A stretch of 56,423 bases of DNA from Fidelibacterota bacterium (GTDB taxonomy: Bacteria > Fidelibacterota > Marinisomatia > Marinisomatales > UBA1611): positions 6,013 through 62,435 of the forward strand of contig PBFM01000016.1 of assembly GCA_002718655.1 (NCBI GenBank), in the 5' to 3' direction. The position numbers and the translations under genes were made by a program. This document shows, piece after piece, positions 30,715 to 41,200 of the stretch. Below the pieces are notes generated by a model. That model was given only the letters and a program-made list of their open reading frames with translations. It searched no databases and was not told the DNA's origin. Every line of letters starts with the position of its first letter. Position 1 is the first letter of the stretch.

Positions 30715-33700
30715 TTAATCAAATTTGACAGAAACAAGTTTTGAAATGCCTTTCTTTTCTTGAGTAACACCATACATATAATCAGCAATTTCCATAGTTA
30801 GCTTATTATGTGTGACAATAATAAATTGTGTCTCATCACTAAACTTTCCAAGTACTCTAGTAAATTTATGGATATTGACATCATCTAAAGGTGCATCAAC
30901 TTCATCTAAAATACAATAAGGACTGGGCTTAACCTGGTATATGGAAAAGAGCAATGATATTGCAGTAAGTGCCTTTTCACCGCTGGAAAGTAACCTAAGA
31001 GATGTATTCCTTTTACCAGGAGGTTGAGCTTCAATCGAAATGTCTGCTTCAAGTGGGTCTGGATCTCCAATTAATTTTAGGGTAGCATTGCCTCCCTCAA
31101 AAAACATTTTAAATAGTTTTTCAAAGTTTATCTTTATGAGATCAAATGTTTCCTGGAATCGTTTCCTGGCAATTTTATCTATTTTTCTGATTGTTTCTCT
31201 AAGATTTTCTTCTGCATCAACAAGATCATCTCGCTGGGTCAACAGAACCTCTAATCTTGAAACTTCCTCGTTGTATTCATCTTGCACTGCCATATTTACT
31301 GGACCAATATTATCAATGCTACGCTGAATTTTTTCTATTTCTATTTCAAGTTGCTCCTCAGTTTGATTTACAATTAATTTTTCTGGTAATTTTTTATTAT
31401 AACGGTCGCTTATACGCTCTATGACGAGTTGTATTTTTTGTTCTGTCTCTTTAGCCTCTAATTCAGAATTTTTTAATTCTTCCAACAATTGCTCTCTATC
31501 TCTTTGTTCAGTTGAAATTCTAGCTTGCAATTCTTCTATGTTTTGATATGTCTCTCGATAAACAGCCTGCTTAAGATTAATGATAGATCGTTGCTTTTGA
31601 ATAGCTGCATTAATAGACTCTAGTTCTTTTTCTGAATTTTTTGAATCGCTTTGTAAATTATCATTCATTTTTCTTAATTCATTGATTTCAATTCTGATTT
31701 TATCCTGCCTAATCTTTAATTCACTAGATGTCTCCTCCCCAGATTTCTTCTTAAATTTTAACTGGTCTCTTCTTGCCTCCAATTCAATTAGTTTGATTCT
31801 TATTTCTTGAAGAGTATTTTGGAAATCATCTCTTTCTTTTCTAATAATTAGCATTAAATCATTTTCTCGTTCTACCTTTGATTGATGGTCTTTTAATTTG
31901 TTTTTTGCTTTATGCACTAAAGGCTCGAGTGCAATTAGTGACTTCTTTGAATCTGCCATTTCTTTTCTTAGATCTTCTTTATTTTGAATCAAAGCGTTTA
32001 ACTTTTCAAAATTCTGTTCAATTTTCATTTGAACTCTTGCAACAGAAACATCTATTTCAGATAGATTTTTTCTTAATCTTTCATTATCAATCAATTGGCT
32101 ATCTATTTTATCTTTTTGAGATGAAATAGTTTTTGTTATAGACTCTAATAATTTCTTTATTTTATTTTCTTTTTTGATTAGCTTATCTAATTCTATCGAA
32201 ATACCATCCAGTTTTTCCTTTCTTCCAATCATATGTCCATAATCAGAAAACTGTCTATTCTTTAGAACATAATCCTCTCCAAAATATCCACCAGCTTTAT
32301 CTACTAGATTCCATCCCGTTAGTTCCTCTGAATTAATAGCTGAACTAAAATCATCAACCACCAGTACATTACCTAAAAGATAATTTGCAAGAGGCCGTAA
32401 TTCTTTACTCGTCTCAACGAGATTTGAAGCTCGTGAAATAATCAGATTTGATGATGGTAATTCTTTTAATTCTGTTGATATGTATGATGCTTCTTTTAAA
32501 GGAATAATTGTCAAAGCTCCAAGATTTTCCTGACTGACCTTTTCTAATGTATCTAATGCATGTGATCTATCTTTTGCAATAAGACAATGGGATAAATCAC
32601 CAAGACCTGATTCTAATGCATCCCTATAGGAAATTTCTGTTTGGAATACATCAGCAACAGTACCCAGTATTCCTGGGAAGAGGTTCGGATTTTCTAAAAC
32701 ATAGCGAGTACCTTCAGGGAAACCATCTCGAGATTCTACTAACTCACTATAAAACTTTTGCTGTCCTTTTAAAGATTTTATCATAGCTGAGGCATTATGT
32801 TGCTGCTCAGATATTGAATTTTTCTCATTAATAAAATTTTCAAATTCTTTTTCAAGCTTGCTAAGCTCTTTTTCTGATTTCAGGATTGATTTTTGTATTC
32901 TTAGTTTATCTTTTTCCAAGTTTTTTTGCGCAATTAAATCACTTTTTTCACATTCTTTTTGAATTTGGATTAGTTTTTTAAAATTATTTAAATCAATGGA
33001 TTTATCATCAATAAGAGCTTTAGTTCTATCATACAAAGAAACATCATCAGCAATTTTTCTTTGTAATTCCCACCTCTCATTTTGAGTGTTGTCAAGAGTT
33101 TGAACAGCTTTTTGATATTTATTTTCAATAATATTAAATTTTTCTCTTTCTGACTTATATTCTCTTAACTGTCCTTCAATGGTAGGTTCTAGTTCAGTTA
33201 TTTCTTTATCAAAATCAAGTTTAAGCTGCTTAAGATTCTCAATTTTAGAAAAGTTTGAATTCTTCTCTCGTTCTAGACGTTCAATGGTAATTAATGCACC
33301 ACGTCTTTTTTCAGTACTAACCAATATACCATTACGTAAGGATTCTCTTGATTGATTCAATTCCGCCATAGCCTCTTGAAAATGATTTAATTCTGATTCT
33401 TGTGATTTGTAGGTATCTTGCAGTTGGATTAATTCATTATCAAGAACAGATGATTCAGAAGTTTTATTTTCTCTTAGATGACGATATTCTTCTATGCGAT
33501 TTTTCAGAGGCTTGATTTGTGAATTAAATCTATGCACTTGAAGGAATGCTAATTCTTGATCTTTGTTTTGTATCGTTTCTGAAAGTGTTGCATGCCTCTT
33601 ATACCTTTTTAGCTGCAACTCTAAATTGCGTACCTTTTGCTCAACTTCAGAAATTATATCTTGGATTCTCTCAAGATCCATATGTGTAGTTTCGAACCTT

Positions 33701-34236
33701 TTTATAGTAGCTTTCCTCTGCGACCTGTATTTATGGATTCCTGCTGCTTCTTCAAACATTTTTCTGCGATCATCAGCGGTATCTGATAATATCTGCTCAA
33801 TCATTTTTAATTCGATAACTGAATAAGCATCTGCACCCATACCTGTATCAATGAATAAATCACTAATATCTTTGAGTCTGCATTGAGTCTTATTCAAATA
33901 ATATTCTGATTCACCATTTCTATATATTCTTCTAGCAATCTCAATATCATTATACTCAATTGGAAGTTTACCTGAATTATTATGAACGGTCATTGCCACC
34001 TCACATACACTAAGAGGTTTAATCCCATCGGCACCATTAAAAATAACATCTTCCATTTTACCGCTACGTAGAACACTATATTTCTGTTCACCTAATACCC
34101 AGCGAATCGCATCGACGATATTTGTTTTTCCGCACCCATTGGGTCCCACCACAGTGGTTATGCCTTGACCTAATTTCATGACTTCCTTAGAGGCAAAGGA
34201 TTTGAAGCCATGCATTTTTAATTCTGATATATACAC
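30715..34236 (-). CDS. smc: Chromosome segregation protein SMC
   Basis: GFKSFA, Walker A GPNGCGKTN, long coiled coils around a hinge, LSSGEK signature, LDEVDAPLD. Confidence 0.97.
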   Translation of the reverse strand: MYISELKMHGFKSFASKEVMKLGQGITTVVGPNGCGKTNIVDAIRWVLGEQKYSVLRSGKMEDVIFNGADGIKPLSVCEVAMTVHNNSGKLPIEYNDIEIARRIYRNGESEYYLNKTQCRLKDISDLFIDTGMGADAYSVIELKMIEQILSDTADDRRKMFEEAAGIHKYRSQRKATIKRFETTHMDLERIQDIISEVEQKVRNLELQLKRYKRHATLSETIQNKDQELAFLQVHRFNSQIKPLKNRIEEYRHLRENKTSESSVLDNELIQLQDTYKSQESELNHFQEAMAELNQSRESLRNGILVSTEKRRGALITIERLEREKNSNFSKIENLKQLKLDFDKEITELEPTIEGQLREYKSEREKFNIIENKYQKAVQTLDNTQNERWELQRKIADDVSLYDRTKALIDDKSIDLNNFKKLIQIQKECEKSDLIAQKNLEKDKLRIQKSILKSEKELSKLEKEFENFINEKNSISEQQHNASAMIKSLKGQQKFYSELVESRDGFPEGTRYVLENPNLFPGILGTVADVFQTEISYRDALESGLGDLSHCLIAKDRSHALDTLEKVSQENLGALTIIPLKEASYISTELKELPSSNLIISRASNLVETSKELRPLANYLLGNVLVVDDFSSAINSEELTGWNLVDKAGGYFGEDYVLKNRQFSDYGHMIGRKEKLDGISIELDKLIKKENKIKKLLESITKTISSQKDKIDSQLIDNERLRKNLSEIDVSVARVQMKIEQNFEKLNALIQNKEDLRKEMADSKKSLIALEPLVHKAKNKLKDHQSKVERENDLMLIIRKERDDFQNTLQEIRIKLIELEARRDQLKFKKKSGEETSSELKIRQDKIRIEINELRKMNDNLQSDSKNSEKELESINAAIQKQRSIINLKQAVYRETYQNIEELQARISTEQRDREQLLEELKNSELEAKETEQKIQLVIERISDRYNKKLPEKLIVNQTEEQLEIEIEKIQRSIDNIGPVNMAVQDEYNEEVSRLEVLLTQRDDLVDAEENLRETIRKIDKIARKRFQETFDLIKINFEKLFKMFFEGGNATLKLIGDPDPLEADISIEAQPPGKRNTSLRLLSSGEKALTAISLLFSIYQVKPSPYCILDEVDAPLDDVNIHKFTRVLGKFSDETQFIIVTHNKLTMEIADYMYGVTQEKKGISKLVSVKFD

Positions 34237-34359
34237 AAAAACTTTTGAGAATGCGGTGTTGAAATTTACCCGATTTTATGGAAAAAAACTACAGTCCGAG
34301 TAAATATTATTTAAAACCAAATAACAAAGATATTTGAATTAAAAACCAGATAAAAAATA

Positions 34360-34653
34360 TTAGTGCGAATACTGCCTACAATCTGATTTCTTACAGTCTT
34401 CATCATATACAAACTTATTTTTATTCTTTAATGATTTATAGATTGTTTTTGAAATTAGCTTTCCATATTGATTAAAGTTTAAAGAGACCACTCTGTCACC
34501 CTCCTTACCACCGAAAACGTAATGCAGATTAGATTTGTATACGGGTCTATAATTTAGAACATTAACATTTTGATGTGCATTTTGATTAATTAAAGGATCG
34601 GAGGAAAGTAATTCATTAAATAAGCACAATAATATTAGAATTAGAATCTTCAT
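34360..34653 (-). CDS. Small hypothetical secreted protein
   Basis: 97-aa ORF with a signal-peptide-like N-terminus, filling the intergenic gap on the prevailing strand. No family recognised. Confidence 0.45.
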   Translation of the reverse strand: MKILILILLCLFNELLSSDPLINQNAHQNVNVLNYRPVYKSNLHYVFGGKEGDRVVSLNFNQYGKLISKTIYKSLKNKNKFVYDEDCKKSDCRQYSH

Positions 34654-34751
34654 ATAACATAACTTAGATTTGAGGAATCAACATATGATATTTTCACGAA
34701 CGAATATTAATTGGTTGTATTTAAAAATACTAAAATAACTTTTTAAAAACT

Positions 34752-35096
34752 TTATCCTGGTGGCCAATGAAATTTTCTTCCTCCTAATAAGTGAAGATGG
34801 ATGTGAAAAACAGTTTGACCACCATGACTATTGCAATTGAAATTTGTTCTATATCCATTATCGGATATATCAAAATCTTTTGCAAGTTTACTTGCTAGTA
34901 GTACCATTTCACCAATTAAGGATTTATGCTCTAATCCTATATGATTTAAGGTAGAAATGTGTAGTTTAGGTATGATTAGTAAATGTATGGGGGCTTGAGG
35001 ATTGATATCATTGAATGCTAATAACCTATCATCTTCATAAACAATATTTGTTTGTATTTCTTTATTTATAATTTTACAAAATAAACAATCCTTCAA
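34752..35096 (-). CDS. Histidine triad nucleotide-binding protein (HinT-like)
   Basis: DCLFCKI, AFNDINPQAP.H, GQTVFHIHLHLLGGR..WPPG. Confidence 0.95.
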   Translation of the reverse strand: MKDCLFCKIINKEIQTNIVYEDDRLLAFNDINPQAPIHLLIIPKLHISTLNHIGLEHKSLIGEMVLLASKLAKDFDISDNGYRTNFNCNSHGGQTVFHIHLHLLGGRKFHWPPG

Positions 35097-35107
35097 AAAA
35101 AATCCTT

Positions 35108-35815
35108 TTATCCATATAATTCATTTAAAATAGATAATGATGCGTGCATAGCAGTTTCTGCCCTAAGTTTTCTTATTCCAAGATTATAAAACTTAACTCC
35201 AGAATTATTCATAATATTCATTTCTTTTTTATTAAAATCTCCTTCTGGACCAATTATGATATTTATTGTCTTACTTTTTTTCACTGTATATTCGGATAAT
35301 TTTTTATGCGATTTCATACTACCAGCAAAACATTGGCCTTTATTTATTTTTAACCATTCTTTCAATTTTAATGGTTCACTAATACTTGGAAAGACACTTC
35401 TATTGCATTGCTTTGCAGCTGAAATAATTAATTTTTCACATCTAGAAATGTTGATTGTTTTTTTCATACACCTATCTGTAATTATTGGGATAATATTCTT
35501 AGCACCTAATTCAGTAGCTTTTTCAATCAAATTTTCAAATCTATGTCGTTTTATTACAGCTGGGACTACATTTATGAGTGTTTTATTTTCACCAAATTTT
35601 TCTACTTTTTTTAATATTTTTCCATATACAAAACCATTATTAATTTTTTTAATCTTTGCAATATAACCATATCCTTTCCCATCTAGGAGAATTAAACTTT
35701 CTCCAGTTCTAACTCTTAATACATTCTTCGCGTGGTGAGATTCTTTTTTGTTTAATTTAAATTGGTCATCATTGATTTCAGAAGATTCAATGAAAAAAGA
35801 TTTAAAGTTTGTCAC
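35108..35815 (-). CDS. rsmE: 16S rRNA (uracil1498-N3)-methyltransferase
   Basis: HHAKNVLR, EKATELG, AAKQC.R, IGPEGDF, LG.RKLRAETA. Confidence 0.94.
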   Translation of the reverse strand: MTNFKSFFIESSEINDDQFKLNKKESHHAKNVLRVRTGESLILLDGKGYGYIAKIKKINNGFVYGKILKKVEKFGENKTLINVVPAVIKRHRFENLIEKATELGAKNIIPIITDRCMKKTINISRCEKLIISAAKQCNRSVFPSISEPLKLKEWLKINKGQCFAGSMKSHKKLSEYTVKKSKTINIIIGPEGDFNKKEMNIMNNSGVKFYNLGIRKLRAETAMHASLSILNELYG

Positions 35816-36438
35816 TTTTTTCTACGATTAAATGAAATATGAATTAATTGACCTGAATAATCATCTATACCATCAAATTCCCGTTTAAGTGGAAGAAGCT
35901 CATAACCGAACATTACTGAAACAGAATTAAGACCAACCATTTTAAATTCTACACCAGCACCAATGAATCCACCAGGTGTAATTTGTGAATCTGGGTTTTC
36001 CCATCTATCCTTAAAACTTCCATATTCTTTACCATCAAAACTTAATACTACCCCTGATCTTAAAGTTAAAAATGGTGAAAAATTATTTTCTATTTTCCCA
36101 TTAAATGGGAAATAGTTACCACCAATGAAAATGGGTAGCATAAATAAGCTTACACCTCCGATGGTCTCCCATTGTCCATTAAAATTATTAAAAACATATG
36201 TCTCATTTGATGCTTTTATATCATAGTATCTAATTTCAATATTTAGTGAAAAATCATTACTATCATGCATTAATTGGCGCGTAAAAAAAAATCCTGAGCC
36301 ACTATTACCTATATCTAAACCAAACCCATTATCAACGTTTGTGTACTGACCAAATATTGTTGCAGTCAAGAATAATAGAATGATTATTTTAATAATTTTA
36401 AAGAAATTCAAAACTTTGTTAGAAACAGTAAATGCCAT
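35812..36438 (-). CDS. Hypothetical small outer-membrane beta-barrel-like protein
   Basis: Signal peptide, alternating aromatic/Gly beta-strands (FSPFLT.RSG, GGFIGAGVEF), aromatic residue near the C-terminus. Confidence 0.55.
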   Translation of the reverse strand: MAFTVSNKVLNFFKIIKIIILLFLTATIFGQYTNVDNGFGLDIGNSGSGFFFTRQLMHDSNDFSLNIEIRYYDIKASNETYVFNNFNGQWETIGGVSLFMLPIFIGGNYFPFNGKIENNFSPFLTLRSGVVLSFDGKEYGSFKDRWENPDSQITPGGFIGAGVEFKMVGLNSVSVMFGYELLPLKREFDGIDDYSGQLIHISFNRRKK

Positions 36439-36440
36439 GA

Positions 36441-36884
36441 TTATGATTTATTTAATGTAAATAGATTTTGATCCAGACTATAACGACCGGGTCCCGTTAT
36501 TAATATGAAAATATATATGGTTAAATAGATAAATGCTAATTCAGCATTTTCTCCGTCAAAAAGATGAAAAAGCCCTGCGAAGGCCATGGTTATAATGATT
36601 AATAATGAAGAAAATCTGGTAAAGAGTCCTAATGCTACGAACCAGGTAAATACTGCTTCACTTAATGCTGCAAAAAAACCAAAGAAAATATATCCAAATT
36701 TAATACCTATCAAAGGCATTACTGCCTCACCAAGCCATTCCCAAGTAGATGTTCCACCAAGAATTTTTTTATACCCGTGATAGTAAAACAAATAAAATGA
36801 AGGTATGATTCTTATTAGCAATAATGCCCAATCAACACTGTTAGCAAATAGCTTTTTTTTAAACATTAACCTTTTTAATAGCAT
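36441..36884 (-). CDS. DoxX family membrane protein
   Basis: LLIR...HG..K, E, GLFTR, M..A...H, E.A, GPGRYSLD. Confidence 0.9.
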   Translation of the reverse strand: MLLKRLMFKKKLFANSVDWALLLIRIIPSFYLFYYHGYKKILGGTSTWEWLGEAVMPLIGIKFGYIFFGFFAALSEAVFTWFVALGLFTRFSSLLIIITMAFAGLFHLFDGENAELAFIYLTIYIFILITGPGRYSLDQNLFTLNKS

Positions 36885-36895
36885 ATTTCTTGTTG

Positions 36896-38569
36896 CTATC
36901 CTTTATGTTTCATTAATAGTTTAATGCTCTCACCTTCAATAACCTCATAATAATTATTCACTTTTATTCTTTCGTATTTATCTACAATCCCACTAGGCCA
37001 TTTTATTTCAATCTTTTCAATATTTGATTGATTATCTAACCCAAATAATATCCGCTTATCATTTGATGCCATATAACTTCCTGCTGTATTTACAACTCTT
37101 TTTTGCAACAAATCATATGAGTCTATTGTAATCAGAGCTCCTATTGCATCCTTATTTGATTTCACACCTACCAATGAGAACCCAACCCAATTTTTTTCTG
37201 GATTACCTTTCCTTATCAAAAGGTTTGCAGGCCCATTATTGTTTGCAATGACTATATCAACATCACCATCATTATCAATATCACCAAAAGCGGCTCCACG
37301 GCCTACGCTTGCTGAGTTAACATCATCAGTAGCATCCAATTTTAATTCCTTAAATTTTCCATTACGATTATTTAGAAAAATTTGCTTTTTTTGAGCATAA
37401 GTATATCCGCTATGTACATCATTTATATTTGCTGCCACATGCCCATTTACAACAAAAAGATCAAGCCATCCATCATTATCTAAATCAAGGAGTTTTGTAC
37501 CAAAACCAACATAATTAAGACTAGGCTGTTGAAGTCCGGAACTAAAGGTAAGGTCATTAAAATATCCCATTCTATTATTAATATAAATTGTATTTGACTC
37601 ACCACTAAAATTTGTTACAAAAATATCTAACCAACCATCGCCGTTCACATCGCCAATATCTACTCCCATCCCGGCTTCAGGTAATCCATTCCCGTTGTAG
37701 CCAATACCATTGAAAATTGCATTTTCCTCAAAATATCCGTACCCGTCATTAATATAGTAATGATTCATGACCCCATCATTAGCAACGTAAATGTCCAAAT
37801 CACCATCAAAATCAAAGTCTGCAGGTATAACACCAAGTCCCTTACCATTTTTACCTAATATACCAGATTTTGTTGAAACATCTTCAAATTTCCAATTCCC
37901 CTTATTTTTATATAGTTTATCTTCAATACCGTTAAAAAAATCAGGCTTACAATAGTCCCTGATTCCTCTTACTCTATCTCCGCACCAAGGGTTATTAGTT
38001 AATGAGAATTCTACATAATTAGAAATGTATATATCTAACAGCCCATCCGAATCCATATCAAACAAAGCGACACTCGCACCCCATTCAGGATTACTAATTC
38101 CAGCGCTAACTGTAACATTCGAAAATGTTCCATTACCTTCATTTTTGTAAAAAACATCTTCACCAAAATTTGTAACGTAGAGATCAATATTCCCATCATT
38201 ATCAACATCACCACACGCACATCCCATACTATATGATTTATCACCTACTCCAGCTAACGAAGTTACATCAGTCCAGAATTTGCCATCATTTCGAAATAGC
38301 TTATTTTCAAGAATTATATTTTGGTCCGATCCAGGAAGTTTAGAACCCTGACAGAAGTAAATATCTAGATCTTTATCATTATCATAGTCAAAAAGACATA
38401 CCCCTGGGCCTATCGTCTCTATATAATACCTTTCCCCTGTACCACCATGGTCATGGTGGAAAAAGAGTCCCTGAGATAACGCTTCGTCAATAAACTCGAT
38501 TCCATTTGCAATGAGTTGACTCATTTGTAAAAGTATTAAAACAATGCGGATATTGATTAAATGACTCAT
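36896..38569 (-). CDS. CRTAC1-family protein (FG-GAP/VCBS beta-propeller repeats plus ASPIC/UnbV domain)
   Basis: Repeated DxDxDGxxD(I/L)(Y/F)V motifs. C-terminal SN.DAIGA.I...GSYMASND.R..FGL...IKWPSG. Confidence 0.92.
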   Translation of the reverse strand: MSHLINIRIVLILLQMSQLIANGIEFIDEALSQGLFFHHDHGGTGERYYIETIGPGVCLFDYDNDKDLDIYFCQGSKLPGSDQNIILENKLFRNDGKFWTDVTSLAGVGDKSYSMGCACGDVDNDGNIDLYVTNFGEDVFYKNEGNGTFSNVTVSAGISNPEWGASVALFDMDSDGLLDIYISNYVEFSLTNNPWCGDRVRGIRDYCKPDFFNGIEDKLYKNKGNWKFEDVSTKSGILGKNGKGLGVIPADFDFDGDLDIYVANDGVMNHYYINDGYGYFEENAIFNGIGYNGNGLPEAGMGVDIGDVNGDGWLDIFVTNFSGESNTIYINNRMGYFNDLTFSSGLQQPSLNYVGFGTKLLDLDNDGWLDLFVVNGHVAANINDVHSGYTYAQKKQIFLNNRNGKFKELKLDATDDVNSASVGRGAAFGDIDNDGDVDIVIANNNGPANLLIRKGNPEKNWVGFSLVGVKSNKDAIGALITIDSYDLLQKRVVNTAGSYMASNDKRILFGLDNQSNIEKIEIKWPSGIVDKYERIKVNNYYEVIEGESIKLLMKHKG

Positions 38570-38604
38570 CAACGATAAATAATTTTTAAAATTAATTGAA
38601 ATAT

Positions 38605-39814
38605 TTAATCATGTACTAATTCCTTATCAATTTTTCCATCTTGTTTATAATATATCCATTTACCGTATTCCCGACCATTTTTCATTATACCCTCTTCCAT
38701 TTTCTGTCCATTACCATACCACATTTTGTGCATGCCATGTTTTTTTCCATTTTTCCATGCCTGCTCAATGCTTTTTTGACCATTCTCATACCAACCAACT
38801 ATTATACCATTCTTTTTGTCATCTACGTAATTTTCTTGTAACCATAAATTTCCATTCTTGTACCAATATAGCATATTTCCCTCTTTCATACCCTCAACAA
38901 ACTTCACAGTTTGTTTTTTTTTTTCCATTTTCATGCCAAGCAGTAAAAGAACCTTCTTTTAAATCATTCTTGTAATTTTGTTCAATACTTTTTATGCCAT
39001 TCTCATACCAACCAATCTGTATTCCATGTTTTTTTCCATCAACATAATTTTCTTCTAAATATTTTATACTATTTTCTTGCCAATATGTCCATTTACCCAT
39101 TTTATAGTTGAAATCTCCTAATAAACCCTGCTGTTTCTTATAACCATTTTCATACCATTCTGTGAAAAGGCCATCCTTTTTTCCATTTTTCCATGTTTGC
39201 TCAATACTTTTTTGACCATTTTCATACCATTCTGTGAAAAAACCATTCTTTTGACCTTTTTCATAAGATTCTTTTAAATACTTTTTCCCTTCCTCATCCC
39301 AATAAATCCATTCTCCATCTTGCAAACCATCTTTAAAATTTCCTTTTTGCTTTTTTAATCCATTATCATACCATTCTATGAATAAACCATTCTTTAATTT
39401 ATTTAGGTATGATCCTTGTCTTCTTTTGATACCATCTTCAAATAAAGTAAATAACCCATGTTTTTTTCCATCAACATAATTTTCTTCTAAATATTTTTGT
39501 CCATTTTCATCCCAATAAATCCATTCTCCATTTTTCAAATCATTAAAATAATTACCTTCATTTTTCTTTTGCCCTGAATTGTAATAATTAGTGAAGAAGC
39601 CTTCTTTTTTTCCATTTTTCAATTCTCCATTTTCACGAGTCATTCCTGAATCATATAATGAAAAAACCTTACCTGAGTATGGCTCACCTGATATTTTTTC
39701 ATGATATGAGCCATTGACATTATTTAAATCTTTTTTATAATTAATAGCATCCTTTTCACAGCAATGTAAAAATATAACAAAACTAATTATGTATATTTGT
39801 GGTGGAAATTTCAT
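38605..39814 (-). pseudogene. MORN-variant repeat (YwqK-like) lipoprotein split by a +1 frameshift in an A11 tract (38914-38924)
   Basis: ORFs 38894..39814 and 38605..38934 both consist of 24-aa WYENGQK..E..Y.NGKK.G repeats. Removing one A from the run joins them into one ~402-aa protein. Lipobox-like Cys at the N-terminus. Confidence 0.8.
39024..39497. repeat. Intragenic direct repeats in the MORN-repeat gene
   Basis: Identical 42-nt copies at 39024-39065 and 39456-39497 (432 nt apart, 6 x 72). Identical 26-nt copies at 39143-39168 and 39215-39240 (72 nt apart). Confidence 0.85.
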
Positions 39815-39870
39815 AAAGAAATTTTAATAATATAATGTAGTCATATAAATCTTACCGCTTCTTTCAAAAA

Positions 39871-40053
39871 TCATTTATCTATATTTTCTTCATATTCAGC
39901 ATCTTGAATATCCATTTTATATATTTTATTTCGTAAGTCTTGTTTACGTTTTTTTTGCTTTATTGTGTTACTAAATCTAAAAACAGTTAAAAATGGTTTT
40001 GCAGACTTATATAGTAAGTAAACAATTGCAAATAAAAATAACCACTTGATCAT
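39871..40053 (-). CDS. Small membrane-anchored hypothetical protein
   Basis: 60 aa, N-terminal TM helix, C-terminal IQDAEYEE motif. Start overlaps the kinase stop (TAATG). Confidence 0.7.
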   Translation of the reverse strand: MIKWLFLFAIVYLLYKSAKPFLTVFRFSNTIKQKKRKQDLRNKIYKMDIQDAEYEENIDK

Positions 40054-40694
40054 TAAAGCTGCGATATTGGATTAAAGAATTTTGTACCAGAAATAGGCTG
40101 TCTTATATATTTAATTATCTCTTTTAAGTCATTTTCATTATGTACAAAATCAATATTATTAGTATTAATTATTACTAGGGGAGTATCTTGATAACGAAAA
40201 AAATATTCAGTGTAGACTTGACTTAATGCATCTATGTAATCATAGGTTATTTCCGATTCCATTTCTCTTCCTCTTTGGTTTATATTATTCATCAATGAGT
40301 CAGTTTCAGCTTGAAGGTAAATAACAAGATCTGGCCTTATAATGTTACGTTCTAATAAATTAGCAACCGTATCGTATAACTGCATTTCCATTTCATTAAG
40401 GTTTAGTGAAGCAAACAATCTATCTTTTACAAACATATAGTCCGTGACTAATAAGTTTTGAAACATGTCAACCTGCCGAAGCTCTTGCTGCTGCCTATAT
40501 CTCTGGAGCAAAAAGAACAATTGTGTCTGGAAAGAATATCTCTCAGGATCTTTATAAAAATCAGGCAAGAAAGGATTCTCTTCAAATTCTTCTAAGACTA
40601 ATCTCGCACCAAGTTCTTTTGACATTAAGTTAGCAAGACTTGTTTTTCCAACACCAATGGGTCCCTCTATTGCTATATAATATAAATTTTTCAA
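40053..40694 (-). CDS. Deoxynucleoside kinase (dAK/dCK/dGK family)
   Basis: IAIEGPIGVGKTSLA, ENPFL.DFY, QLFFLLQRY, PDLVIYLQA, RGR.ME. Confidence 0.93.
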   Translation of the reverse strand: MKNLYYIAIEGPIGVGKTSLANLMSKELGARLVLEEFEENPFLPDFYKDPERYSFQTQLFFLLQRYRQQQELRQVDMFQNLLVTDYMFVKDRLFASLNLNEMEMQLYDTVANLLERNIIRPDLVIYLQAETDSLMNNINQRGREMESEITYDYIDALSQVYTEYFFRYQDTPLVIINTNNIDFVHNENDLKEIIKYIRQPISGTKFFNPISQL

Positions 40695-41200
40695 GCTTGT
40701 ATATCTGGATAATGTCTGATTACTCTAGATGTGTCAGGACAGTTCTCAATTAAATCATTTATGTACAATTCAGAATGCGGAATTTGGAATTCTGGTTCGA
40801 TTTCAGCAAATGGAATTAATATGAATTTTCTAAGAGATACCATCGGGTGTGGAATTGATAATTGTTCGGTTTCAATAATGGCATCTCCATGAAAAAGAAT
40901 ATCTATATCTATTATTCTTGGTTGATTTTTTTTCCTTTTGGGTGGTCTTCCTAGCATTGTTTCCACTTTTTTTGCTATATCCAATATGTCAAATGGTTTA
41001 AGGGTTGTTGAAAATTTAACCACTGAATTTAAAAAATGAGGCTGATTAGTATTATATAATGGTTCAGTATCATAATAAGAAGAACTAATAATATTAGATA
41101 TCTCAAAATTGATAGATAGCGCCATTGTTGCCTGTGCTAGATTAGACTCCCTATCCCCTATGTTAGATCCTAGGGATAAATATACTTTTTGCTCATTCAT
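40691..41200 (-). CDS. folK: 2-amino-4-hydroxy-6-hydroxymethyldihydropteridine diphosphokinase
   Basis: YLSLGSNIGDR, Y.TEP, FLNSV, PRIIDIDIL, IPHP, R.F.L.P. Confidence 0.96.
   Translation of the reverse strand: MNEQKVYLSLGSNIGDRESNLAQATMALSINFEISNIISSSYYDTEPLYNTNQPHFLNSVVKFSTTLKPFDILDIAKKVETMLGRPPKRKKNQPRIIDIDILFHGDAIIETEQLSIPHPMVSLRKFILIPFAEIEPEFQIPHSELYINDLIENCPDTSRVIRHYPDIQA

Noticed and set aside
36896-39814. Periodic repeats as a possible CRISPR array or DGR template/variable pair
   Set aside because: The repeats are in-frame protein repeats (FG-GAP, MORN). There are no unique spacers, cas genes, reverse transcriptase or adenine-specific mismatch pattern.
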